Source: an uncultured Gemmatimonadales bacterium (GTDB lineage: Bacteria; Gemmatimonadota; Gemmatimonadetes; Gemmatimonadales; GWC2-71-9). From it: DNA of 64,000 bases. The position numbers and the translations under genes were made by a program. Below are positions 38,519 through 47,574 of the stretch, piece after piece. Below the pieces are notes generated by a model. The model ran no database searches. It was not told the origin of the DNA and saw only the letters and a program-made list of their open reading frames with translations. The stretch spans positions 64,001-128,000 of the forward strand of contig CAWCFX010000002.1 in NCBI GenBank assembly GCA_963795085.1, written 5' to 3'. Position 1 is the stretch's first letter, and each line of letters starts with the position of its first letter.

Positions 38519-40234
38519 GTGACTCAACTCATGTGTGGCAATTGCGGACGCGAGATTCCGGAGCATTATCCGGTATGCGTTCATTGCGGCACATCCATCC
38601 CGATAGGCGCCCCGGGACCGGCCGCCGACGATGACGGCCAGCATGTCTTCGACCGGCTGGCCAAGGCCCTGAGTCCGACTTACGATGTGGTCCGCCTGAT
38701 CGGTCGCGGCGGGTTCTGCGACGTCTTCGAAATCTACGACACCCACCTCGACCGCCGGCTTGCGGCCAAAGTCCTGCGGGTGGACCTCGCCTGGGCGCCC
38801 GGCATGATCCCCCGGTTCGAACGGGAAGCCCTCGCCCTCGCCAAGCTGAATCACCCTCATATCCCCCCGCTCTATTTCGTGGGAGACCGCGAAGGGCTGG
38901 CCTATTTCGCCATGCCCTTCATCGAGGGGCGGTCGCTGGGCCAGATGGTAGCGGACAACGGGCCCATTGACCCGGTGCGGCTCATCGAGATCATGCTGCC
39001 AGTCCTCGACGCGCTCGAGTACGCCCATGGCCACGGCATCATCCACCGCGACATCAAGCCGGACAATATCGTCATTGACCAGAGGAGCGGGCGGCCCCTG
39101 TTGCTGGATTTCGGGCTGGCCAAGCAGATGGCAGCCCGGCCCGGTGCCAGCCTGCCCGGCATCGTGCTGGGGACGCCGGCATACACCAGCCCGGAACAGG
39201 TCCTGGCCCAGCCCGGCGTGGACCATCGCAGCGACATCTATGGGATTGGCGCCACGATGTTCTACGGTCTGACGGGAACCACCATCGCCACTGGCGAGAC
39301 GCCCCGGGAAATCATCGGGCGGCAGCTCACCGGCGAAATCCCGGTGCCCTCCGAGGTCAATCCTGACATCCCCGAATGGCTGTCGCAGGTGGTCCTCTGC
39401 GCCCTGGAACGGCACCCGGAAGACCGGTTCCAGTCGGTGGCCGCGATGGCTGCCGCGCTGCGGGCCGGCGGGCTCAGCCACCGGCCGGTGCCGGCTCGGC
39501 CCGCCGCCGCTCGCAATATCCGGCACGATGATCCCACGCCGCCCATGGTCCCGGTGACGGTACCGGATCAGTTGCCGCCCTGGCTCCGGCGAACCGAGGA
39601 TGCCGGGCCCCGGCTGCAGCGGTGGTCCCGGCAGGCCCGCTGGACGCTCCTCGTCGTGGCCGTCGCCCTGGCCGTCAGCTGGTTCGCCCTCAACCCGTTG
39701 CGTTTCGACCTGGTGAACCGGCTGGTCCTGCCTGTGGAAATCCACACGGAGGAGGGGATCCACCAGACGCTGGCACCTGGCGCGGAGTATCGCACCGAGG
39801 TGGGTGAGGACGGCAAGGTGCTGGTCACCTGGCGAGTGGTGCAGCCCCTGCCCGATTCCGGGGCGGCGGAAATTCAGCAGGTGGGCGGCCTCATCCGGGT
39901 CGACAATTCCATGATGTCGGAAATGGCCCGCAGGCGGGTTCGCCGCGACGTGGACAGCTGGCTGGGCCTGACCCGCTCCTTCGCGCCCCGCGTCAGCAAC
40001 CAGCTCGGAGTACCGCTGACCGCCACGGTGCACTCCGAGGGGCCGGCGATCCAGTTCCGGGTAATGCCGGGGGAAAGCCGGGTGCTCGGGTATTTTGCGC
40101 TGACCGACACCGCGCACGTCGTGGTGCGCGCCGCGGGTCGGCCCGAGGCGCGCTTCGCCGACCTCGACATTCTCTCCGGGACCGAGAGCGGCGTGGTGGA
40201 TCTCACCATTACGGAGTCGGTTTTTCCCCGCTAG
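38519..40234 (+). CDS. Membrane-anchored Hanks-type Ser/Thr kinase with N-terminal zinc ribbon (paralog B)
   Basis: CGNC-x10-CVHC; GRGGFCDV, LAAKVL, HRDIKPDN, DFG, GTPAYTSPEQ; TM WTLLVVAVALAVSWFAL. Start GTG 38519 or ATG 38531. Confidence 0.9.
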   Translation: MTQLMCGNCGREIPEHYPVCVHCGTSIPIGAPGPAADDDGQHVFDRLAKALSPTYDVVRLIGRGGFCDVFEIYDTHLDRRLAAKVLRVDLAWAPGMIPRFEREALALAKLNHPHIPPLYFVGDREGLAYFAMPFIEGRSLGQMVADNGPIDPVRLIEIMLPVLDALEYAHGHGIIHRDIKPDNIVIDQRSGRPLLLDFGLAKQMAARPGASLPGIVLGTPAYTSPEQVLAQPGVDHRSDIYGIGATMFYGLTGTTIATGETPREIIGRQLTGEIPVPSEVNPDIPEWLSQVVLCALERHPEDRFQSVAAMAAALRAGGLSHRPVPARPAAARNIRHDDPTPPMVPVTVPDQLPPWLRRTEDAGPRLQRWSRQARWTLLVVAVALAVSWFALNPLRFDLVNRLVLPVEIHTEEGIHQTLAPGAEYRTEVGEDGKVLVTWRVVQPLPDSGAAEIQQVGGLIRVDNSMMSEMARRRVRRDVDSWLGLTRSFAPRVSNQLGVPLTATVHSEGPAIQFRVMPGESRVLGYFALTDTAHVVVRAAGRPEARFADLDILSGTESGVVDLTITESVFPR

Positions 40235-40360
40235 CCACCCGTTGTGACCCGGAGCCCGCCTCCCGGTGTGACCTATCTCATTGTCGGCCAGACCATGCGG
40301 CATCAAATTCGCTGCCGGGAGGAGGAGTTGGCTGGTTCACCTCAGGGCGAGGGTGCGGCG

Positions 40361-40570
40361 ATGATCAATGCGATGTCTGCGGCATCGGTGGGACAGGGTG
40401 CGGTGCGGGTGCGACAGGGTTTCGCCCGGCTCTACCCCGGCATCAATTTCGAAACATGGTATCCCGTGGTCCGGCCGCTCGACGCCGCCGGGTTTTTCAT
40501 TCGATATCAGGGCAGAGAACGCCACGTGTGGCGGTCTCACTTCGAGTTGGCCCAGCAGTTCAGCGAGTAG
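40361..40570 (+). CDS. Small hypothetical protein (about 69 aa)
   Basis: 3' part of track ORF 40244..40570; GAGGG before ATG 40361; aromatic-rich sequence FARLYPGINFETWYPV..HVWRSHFE. Confidence 0.55.
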   Translation: MINAMSAASVGQGAVRVRQGFARLYPGINFETWYPVVRPLDAAGFFIRYQGRERHVWRSHFELAQQFSE

Positions 40571-40625
40571 CGAGGTGGCGGGGGAGTAAATGGCCAGCGG
40601 GCCGCGCCTCGGCGCGGCCCGTTTG

Positions 40626-41651
40626 TTAGTTGCGGCCCGGCAGGCAGGCCTCGTTCCACGCCTTCGCGTACCGATCCCTCAGGTACTTGGCTTCCATCAC
40701 GTCAAACCCCCGGCAGGCTTCCATCCGGCGGGCGTTGGCTTCCTCGATCCGGCCCTCTCTCCCCAGGCCAATGGCGGAGACCGCCGCGCATTCTGCGGCC
40801 ACCAGGACCGACCCGCAACGGTGGGCGATGCTCCGGGAGATCTCCGCTTCCGCCACGGCCTCCCGGGTGCGGCCATGGCGCAGGTGATAGTGGGCCGAGA
40901 TCCGGCCGACTTCCGCCAGGCACATCTCGTTGCCGGCCTCGGCGGCCTTGGCCTGCGCCCGGGCGATGGACTTGGCCGCCCCGTTCAGGTCCGACCGTTC
41001 AATCCGGGTTTCGGCCTGCCCTGCCAGGCAGAGGGCGATCAGGGCCGGGTCTCCGGAGCCCTCCGCGTTGCGGACGGCCAGGCGGCCTACGCTTTCGGCG
41101 GCCTCCAGCATCTCCAGCTTGCGAAAGACCAGGTTGAGGTTGTGGTAGGTCTGGGCGATGCCCCGGGTATCTTCGGCCGCCTGGTAGAGCTGAAGGCTCT
41201 CGTAATACAGAGTGAGCGCGGCATCCGATTGACCCCGCAGGTCCAGGATGGAGGCCAGGTTCGTCGTGGCATGGGCCCCGATCAGGCGGTCGGACGTATC
41301 CTCGTTCCGGGCCAGCACCTGCCGAAAGCGCCGCTCGGCCTGCGGCAGTTCGCCCCGTTCCAGGTGGAGGCCGCCAAGCAGGTTCAGGACCCGGATCTCC
41401 TCGGGCGAGGACGCCTGCCCGCGGAAGGCTTCTTCAGCGGCGGTGGCCAGCTTCATGGCAACCGGGAACCGCCCCAGCCGGGCCGCCGCGGTCGCGGCCC
41501 AGAGTTGCGCGCTCGCGTTGGTCCGCCCCGACGGGTCCAGGGCAAAGTAGCAGTCCAGCGCCGCCTCGAACCGGTTGAGCCCGCACAGGGCGGCGACTGC
41601 CGACACCCGGTCGGTGGGGACCGGCGTGGGCCGGCGGTTATCCCGGATCAC
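40626..41651 (-). CDS. Tetratricopeptide-repeat protein
   Basis: VLNLLGGLHLERGE, ATTNLASILDLRG, AQTYHNLNLVF; GTG start overlaps the upstream TGA (GTGA). Confidence 0.82.
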   Translation of the reverse strand: MIRDNRRPTPVPTDRVSAVAALCGLNRFEAALDCYFALDPSGRTNASAQLWAATAAARLGRFPVAMKLATAAEEAFRGQASSPEEIRVLNLLGGLHLERGELPQAERRFRQVLARNEDTSDRLIGAHATTNLASILDLRGQSDAALTLYYESLQLYQAAEDTRGIAQTYHNLNLVFRKLEMLEAAESVGRLAVRNAEGSGDPALIALCLAGQAETRIERSDLNGAAKSIARAQAKAAEAGNEMCLAEVGRISAHYHLRHGRTREAVAEAEISRSIAHRCGSVLVAAECAAVSAIGLGREGRIEEANARRMEACRGFDVMEAKYLRDRYAKAWNEACLPGRN

Positions 41652-43228
41652 GCGTACACCTTGAGAAACGCCGCGAACACGTCGGGCCGCCACCAGTGGC
41701 GGCAGGCGGTCATCTCCTCGACCGCCGCCGGGACGCTGACCGCACACCGGTAACTCCGGTCGGTGGTGAGCGCGTCGAGCACGTCGGCGATGCACACGAT
41801 CTGGGCCGTGACAGGGATCTGGTCTCCGGCCAGTCGGTCGGGATACCCGGTACCGTCGTACCGCTCGTGATGGGACCGGATGATCGGTTTGATATCCCAG
41901 GGAAACTCGATTGAGGCCAGCATCTCCAGCCCGATGAGCGGATGCCGGGCCATGGTCGCGAATTCCTGCGGCGTGAGCCGGCCCGGCTTGTTGAGGATCT
42001 CGTGGGGGACCCGGATCTTGCCGAGGTCGTGGAGATAGGCGCCCAGCCGGATGGTGTTCTGCTGATTCACATCCAGGCCCATCGCCTCCGCGACAGCGAC
42101 CGCCGATTCCGCTACCCGTTCACAGTGGCCGAAGGTGTAGGTGTCGGCGGACTCTATGGACCGCCCCCAGTCCCGGACGATGGCGCGGTAGGTCCCCTCG
42201 AGCGAAGCCACCCTCGCCGTGATGTCGCCCAGGTCGCGGCGGGCCTCCAGCCGCTCGAAGATCCGGTGGGCCAGGTTCAGGTGGGTCAGCGCCTCCCGGC
42301 TCCGCCCCGTCATCTGGTAGACCAGCGCCAGTTCCCGGGCCGCTTCGGCTTCTTCCAGCGGGGAGCTGGTATCCACGGCCAGCTGCCGGGCCGATTCCAG
42401 CCGTGACTCGGCCAGCGCGGGGGCCCCGGTTTCCCGGTAGATCATTCCGAGGAATCGGTAGGCCGCCGCCTTGCCATCACGGGCGCCCAACTGGTCGAAG
42501 ATCCGGAGCGCGGCTTCGGCGCTCTCTTTCGCCTCTTCGAACCGCTGCCGCCCGATCAGCACCTCGGTATGGTTCAGGAGATTGAGCCCCTGCATCTGGA
42601 CGTCGCCCAGCCGCTGTGCGATATCCATGCTCTGCCGGAAATACCCGCTGGCCTCGTCCAGGAGGGAGCGGTCCGCGCTGATCATCCCCAGGTTATGATA
42701 CGCAATGGCGCAGCCCCGCTCGTCGCCGGAATCACGGAAGGCCTCGAGCGAGCGCTGGTAGTGCCGGAGGGCGACCGGCCACTGGCCCTGGATGTTGGCG
42801 ATGATTCCCAGGTTCTGTTCGATGCGGCCCCGCACCTGCGGATTGCTGGCTCCCAGCCGGAGCGCCTCGGTAAACAGCGACCGGGCCGACTCGAACGCCC
42901 CCGATTCCAGGTCGAACCCGGCCAGCGCATTGAGCGCCTCCGCCGCCTCGATGGCCAGGTGGCCCCGGACGGCGACATCGTGGCTCAGCCGGCAGAGGGC
43001 GCGGGCCACGCCGGTTTCATGCCGCAGGTGGCGTAGCACGCCGAGCCGCCGGAGCACCTCGGCCTGAAGGGCCGGCGAAGTCCCGGCTGAGGTCACCACC
43101 AGGGCGGAGGAGTAGTCGCGAATCGCCTCATTGACCCGTCCTTCGCGCTCGTGCTCCCGCGCCGTGCGGACGAAATCGTCCGTACTGGCCGGTTCGGGCG
43201 GGGCGGGTTTGATCAGGGACGTTGCCAT
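41648..43228 (-). CDS. TPR-repeat + HD-GYP cyclic-dinucleotide phosphodiesterase
   Basis: Several TPRs (QNLGIIANIQG, YHNLGMIS), then DTYTFGHCERV, LHDLGK, HHERYDGTGYP, IADVLDALTTDRSYR. Confidence 0.9.
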   Translation of the reverse strand: MATSLIKPAPPEPASTDDFVRTAREHEREGRVNEAIRDYSSALVVTSAGTSPALQAEVLRRLGVLRHLRHETGVARALCRLSHDVAVRGHLAIEAAEALNALAGFDLESGAFESARSLFTEALRLGASNPQVRGRIEQNLGIIANIQGQWPVALRHYQRSLEAFRDSGDERGCAIAYHNLGMISADRSLLDEASGYFRQSMDIAQRLGDVQMQGLNLLNHTEVLIGRQRFEEAKESAEAALRIFDQLGARDGKAAAYRFLGMIYRETGAPALAESRLESARQLAVDTSSPLEEAEAARELALVYQMTGRSREALTHLNLAHRIFERLEARRDLGDITARVASLEGTYRAIVRDWGRSIESADTYTFGHCERVAESAVAVAEAMGLDVNQQNTIRLGAYLHDLGKIRVPHEILNKPGRLTPQEFATMARHPLIGLEMLASIEFPWDIKPIIRSHHERYDGTGYPDRLAGDQIPVTAQIVCIADVLDALTTDRSYRCAVSVPAAVEEMTACRHWWRPDVFAAFLKVYA

Positions 43229-43263
43229 GGGCTCGGGACAGGGTGGATTGGGCTTCCCATAGC

Positions 43264-43278
43264 GCAATGCCCGTACCA
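43264..43278 (-). promoter_or_regulatory. sigma54 (-24/-12) promoter candidate for the TPR-HD-GYP/TPR operon
   Basis: Minus strand TGGTAC-GGGCA-TTGC (GG-N10-GC), about 35 nt upstream of ATG 43228. Confidence 0.62.
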
Positions 43279-43480
43279 TTTCCAAGCGACTACTCTTGAG
43301 ACACCTCAGCCGCCGACGTGTCGCGGAGTCAAGGGGTTAAACCCCACCGGATTGGTGCTCCCGGCCGGTCTGAAAGCGCACAGGGCGGGCCTCGAATGCA
43401 GATCCATGCAGACTGTAGCGGTGCGGTTCCGTCGCATCATTTGCCGCCCCTGACCAACCACTTCCGGAGTCCCATCCATC

Positions 43481-44626
43481 ATGCCCCTCTCCGACCGGTT
43501 ACCCCTGCTCCTCGGCTTGAGCCTCCTCGCGGCCGCGTCTCCAGTTTCCGCCCAGATCCGGGCCCGAGACTTGGGCGTGGTGCCGGGCATTTTCCGGCCG
43601 GGGCCGCTCAACGCCATAACCGACGTAGGCGGCGTTCGAGTCGGGCACGCTACCATCGTCGAAGGCGACTCGGTTCGGACCGGAGTCACTGCCATCCTCC
43701 CGCACGCCGGCAATGCCTATCTCGAGCGGGTGCCGGCCGCCATCGTAGTGGGGAACGGGTTCGGCAAGCTCCTGGGGTCCACCCAGGTCGCCGAGCTTGG
43801 GGAACTGGAAACGCCCGTTCTGCTCACCTGCACGCTCTGTGTGTGGCGGGTGGCGGACGCCCTGACCGGCTGGATGCTGGGCCTGCCCGGCATGCAGGAG
43901 GTACGCTCCCTGAACCCGGTCGTGGCGGAGACCAACGATGGATTCCTGAACGACATTCGCCGCCGTCCGGTTACCCCCGCCCACGTGGAGGCCGCCCTGG
44001 CGATGGCCGGGGAAGGGCCCGTCGCGGAAGGATCGGTGGGAGCAGGGGCGGGGACGGCCGCCTTCGGGTGGAAGGGTGGTATCGGGACATCCTCCCGGGT
44101 TCTTCCGGCGGGACTGGGGGGATGGAAAGTCGGGGTCCTGGTTCAATCCAACTTCGGCGGGATCCTGCAGGTCCTCGGCGCGCCGGTCGGCAAAGAACTC
44201 GGCCGCTATGCGTTTCGGCGCGAGGTCGAGGGAGACCGGGGCGACGGTTCGATCATTATTGTCGTAGCCACCGATGCCCCGGTGCTGGACCGCAACCTTC
44301 GCCGCCTCGCCGAGCGGGCCATCATGGGGCTGGCCCGTACCGGCTCCTCCGCGTCCAACGGCAGCGGCGATTACGTCATTGCCTTCTCGACTGCGGCTTC
44401 GGTTCGGCGACCGTGGCGGGGCCGGCGCCCGGCCGCGGAGGAACTGGAGAACGAGGAGATGTCCGGGCTCTTTCAGGCGGTGGTCGAAGCCACCGAGGAA
44501 GCGATTTACAACTCGCTGTTCATGGCGACCACGGTGCGCGGGGCGCGGGGGACGGTCGAAGCGATTCCGCTGGAGCGGGTGCGGGAGATCCTCAGGAAAT
44601 ACGGAATCCCAGCCAGCGACGGGTAA
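43481..44626 (+). CDS. dmpA: P1/S58 family aminopeptidase (DmpA-like), secreted
   Basis: RARDLG, GPLNAITDVGGVRVGH, GNGFGK, EGSVGAG, GGIGTSSR, GDGSIII (autocleavage site), SGDYVIAFST. Confidence 0.9.
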   Translation: MPLSDRLPLLLGLSLLAAASPVSAQIRARDLGVVPGIFRPGPLNAITDVGGVRVGHATIVEGDSVRTGVTAILPHAGNAYLERVPAAIVVGNGFGKLLGSTQVAELGELETPVLLTCTLCVWRVADALTGWMLGLPGMQEVRSLNPVVAETNDGFLNDIRRRPVTPAHVEAALAMAGEGPVAEGSVGAGAGTAAFGWKGGIGTSSRVLPAGLGGWKVGVLVQSNFGGILQVLGAPVGKELGRYAFRREVEGDRGDGSIIIVVATDAPVLDRNLRRLAERAIMGLARTGSSASNGSGDYVIAFSTAASVRRPWRGRRPAAEELENEEMSGLFQAVVEATEEAIYNSLFMATTVRGARGTVEAIPLERVREILRKYGIPASDG

Positions 44627-44681
44627 CCAACCCCCGGGACAGCGATTCGGCCACGGGTGCCCGCAGCGATATCCTCGCCTG

Positions 44682-45869
44682 TTACCGGTCGGCCGCCACT
44701 GGTTCGATGCGGTAGATCCGGCCCGACGCCATCACGACGTAGATCTCTCCGTTGGCGTCCTCGCCGAAGGAGACGACGTTGTCGTTGACGAGGGGGGAGC
44801 TCAGCGCTTCCAGTTCCTCCACCGGGCTGCCCCCGGCGAGCCGAAAGCTGCGTACCCACCCACCGCAATAGTCGCCGTAGAAGTAGGTCCCCCGGAGGGC
44901 CGGGATGTTCCTGCCCCGGTACACGTAACCGCCGGTCAGGGAACAGGCGGGGCCGTGGGTGTAGGTCTTGATCGGGGGGGTGAGCCCGCTGGAGGCGCAG
45001 CCGGTGGCTGGGCGGTAGCAGGCCGTCCCCTCCCGCACCGGCCACCCGTAGTTTCTACCCCCGGCGCCGGCCGGCTCGAGATTGATCTCCTCCATCTGGT
45101 GCTCCCCCACGTCGCCGATGAGGAGGTTCCCGGTGCCTCGGTCGAAGCTCCAGCGCCACGGGTTGCGGAAGCCAAGGGACCAGATTTCCGGGCGCCATCC
45201 CGCGCGGGCGAGGAAGGGATTGCCGGCCGGCACCGCGTAGGGGGCTGCCTGGTCGATGTCGAGCCGCAGCATCTTGCCCAGAAGCGAGGCGCTGTCCTGG
45301 GCCGGACTGCTGGGGAGTGCGGCGGTCTGGTCTCCCTGGAGACTGTCTCCCAGGGCCAGGTAGAGGTATCCATCGGGCCCGAAGGCGATCATCCCGCCGT
45401 AGAGCACGGTGATCGGGTCCTGGTCCACCGTCAGAACGACCTGTTCGCTCGCCGGGTCGGCGTGGTTGCCGGACGCGTCCGCCGTGAATTCCGACAACCG
45501 GGCATCACCGTTCAGGTCCACGTAGTACACGAACACGCGCCGGTTGGCCGCGTACCCGGGATGAAACGCGAGGCTGTAGACGCCGTACTCGCCAGTGGCG
45601 GGCGAGGTGCGGCCGGTCAGGTTCAGGAACGCCGAATCCTGCCGGACCCCGTTCCGGCGGAGGAGGATTCGGCCATCCCGCTCCACGATCAGGAGTCTCG
45701 CCGGGTCGGCTGGGGGCGTGGTGACATAGACCGGGAAATCATACCCGCTGTCCACCGGCGCCAGGGTCAGTGCGAGGGGGTTGCCGGGCCCGGCGGGTTC
45801 ATCGGAGCAGGCCCCGGCCAGGCCGGCCAGCACCAGGACGAGCGGGGTCACAAGAGTCGAGATTCGCAT
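44682..45869 (-). CDS. PQQ-dependent glucose/sorbosone dehydrogenase family lipoprotein
   Basis: Lipobox AGAC; LAFHPGY, IAFGPDGYLYLALGD, LLGKMLRLD, GFRNPWRWSFD, NYGWP, SFGEDANGEIY. Confidence 0.88.
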   Translation of the reverse strand: MRISTLVTPLVLVLAGLAGACSDEPAGPGNPLALTLAPVDSGYDFPVYVTTPPADPARLLIVERDGRILLRRNGVRQDSAFLNLTGRTSPATGEYGVYSLAFHPGYAANRRVFVYYVDLNGDARLSEFTADASGNHADPASEQVVLTVDQDPITVLYGGMIAFGPDGYLYLALGDSLQGDQTAALPSSPAQDSASLLGKMLRLDIDQAAPYAVPAGNPFLARAGWRPEIWSLGFRNPWRWSFDRGTGNLLIGDVGEHQMEEINLEPAGAGGRNYGWPVREGTACYRPATGCASSGLTPPIKTYTHGPACSLTGGYVYRGRNIPALRGTYFYGDYCGGWVRSFRLAGGSPVEELEALSSPLVNDNVVSFGEDANGEIYVVMASGRIYRIEPVAADR

Positions 45870-45970
45870 CCTGTCAATGTAAACGTGTGGCCCCCGGCCA
45901 TGCCCCCTGCTAGTTTACCCGTTTCCGGGACGGACAGACCGCCCGGTCGCCCTTTACCAGCGCTGGTTTC

Positions 45971-47188
45971 ATGGATGATTCCCTGTATTTCACCGAGCAT
46001 CACCACCAGGTGCGCGAGATGGTCCGGGAGTTTGCCCGGACGGAGATCGCGCCGGTGGCTCGCGAATTCGACCGGACTTCCGAGTTCCCGTGGGAGAATA
46101 TCCGGAAGATGGGAGAGCTGGGCCTGCTCGGCGTGCCGTGGAGCGAGGAACTCGGTGGGGCCGGCATGGACCAGCTGTCCTATTACATCACCCTGCACGA
46201 ACTCGCCAAGGTGGACGCCAGCCACGCCCTGACGGTGAGCGCCCATACCAACCTGGGGACCTCCCCCATCGTTGAGTTTGGGACTCCGGAGCAGAGGCGG
46301 CGCTATGTCCCGTTGCTGGCCTCGGGCAAGGTGCTGGGTGGGTTCGGCCTGACCGAGCCGGGCGCCGGAAGCGACGCCGGCGGTACCGCGACGGTGGCCG
46401 TGGACAAGGGCGACCACTACCTCATCAACGGATCCAAGATTTTCATCACCCACGCCGGCGTGGGAGAGATATTCTCGGCCACGGCCCGGACTGAATCGGG
46501 GGCCGGCAACAAGGGCATCACCAGCTTTATTGTCACCAAGGATACCGTGGACCTGGCCCGGTGCCGCGAGGTCGGCATCGGGCACGTGGAGGATCTGCCC
46601 AAGACCCCGGGGGTGCGGGCCGGGAAGAAGGAAGACAAGATGGGCTGGCGGGCCAGCGACACCCGCGAACTCATTTTCGAGGACGCCGTGGTGCCCAAGG
46701 AAAATGTCCTCGGCGAGCCGGGGCAGGGGTTCGTCAACTTCCTCAAGACTCTCGATGGCGGCCGGATCGGAATCGCCGCATTGTCCCTGGGCATCGCCGA
46801 GGGCGCCTACGACCAGGCCCTGGAGTACGCCGGGGTCCGGAAACAGTTCGGGAAGCCCATCGGGTCCTTCCAGGGGGTGAGCTTCCAGCTGGCCGACATG
46901 GCCATGGAAATCGAAGCGGGCACCCACCTGCTCTACCATGCCGCCTGGCTCAAGCAGAACCGCAAGCCGTTCAAGAAGGAGGCGGCAATGGCCAAGCTCT
47001 TTTGCTCGGAACTGGCCATGCGGACCACCACCAAGGCCGTCCAGATCTTTGGCGGTTACGGCTACACTACCGACTATCCGGTCGAGCGGATGATGCGGGA
47101 CGCCAAGGTCTGCGAAATCGGCGAAGGCACCAGCGAGATTCAGCGGATCGTGATTGCCCGGCACATCCTGGGGGATCTGGATAACTGA
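45971..47188 (+). CDS. Acyl-CoA dehydrogenase (short/branched-chain type)
   Basis: [55 protein letters not shown]. Confidence 0.93.
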   Translation: MDDSLYFTEHHHQVREMVREFARTEIAPVAREFDRTSEFPWENIRKMGELGLLGVPWSEELGGAGMDQLSYYITLHELAKVDASHALTVSAHTNLGTSPIVEFGTPEQRRRYVPLLASGKVLGGFGLTEPGAGSDAGGTATVAVDKGDHYLINGSKIFITHAGVGEIFSATARTESGAGNKGITSFIVTKDTVDLARCREVGIGHVEDLPKTPGVRAGKKEDKMGWRASDTRELIFEDAVVPKENVLGEPGQGFVNFLKTLDGGRIGIAALSLGIAEGAYDQALEYAGVRKQFGKPIGSFQGVSFQLADMAMEIEAGTHLLYHAAWLKQNRKPFKKEAAMAKLFCSELAMRTTTKAVQIFGGYGYTTDYPVERMMRDAKVCEIGEGTSEIQRIVIARHILGDLDN

Positions 47189-47303
47189 GGGAATTGTGGA
47201 ATTGAAGGAATTGGGGCATTGGAACAAATTACAATTCCCTCAATTCCCTCAATTCCCTCAATTCCCTCAATTCCCTCAATTCCCTCAATTCCCTCAATTC
47301 CCT
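47186..47303. repeat. 9-mer array CAATTCCCT x8 (47232-47303) preceded by 4 degenerate inverted copies (47186-47221)
   Basis: tgagggaattg|tggaattg|aaggaattg|gggcattg ... (caattccct)8. Confidence 0.92.
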
Positions 47304-47333
47304 TGGGGGACTGCCGTAACTGCCACTTTCGCA

Positions 47334-47574
47334 TATCTTTACAGCATGCTTCCGCAGCTTGACCCGATAGCCGCTGGAACCCCGACTTTCTGGACTCGCC
47401 CCCTCGGCGGCGGGTCTCTGCTTGCTGCTGTCCTGATGTTTCTGTTTTCCCCGATCGGTGGGCTTCGCCCGAAGTCCTTCCGGGGAATGGGTTTGTCGCG
47501 GGCCCGCCGGACCGGCGGGAGCCCGCCTCACGTTCATGGAGCCGGGTCGGAATCACCGGCTGAGGGTGCAACGC
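47334..47574 (+). promoter_or_regulatory. -10 box and long structured 5' leader of the RNase E/G gene
   Basis: TATCTT 47334-47339; stems at 47393-47416, 47447-47487 and 47498-47526; U-rich stretch at 47434-47448. Confidence 0.45.
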
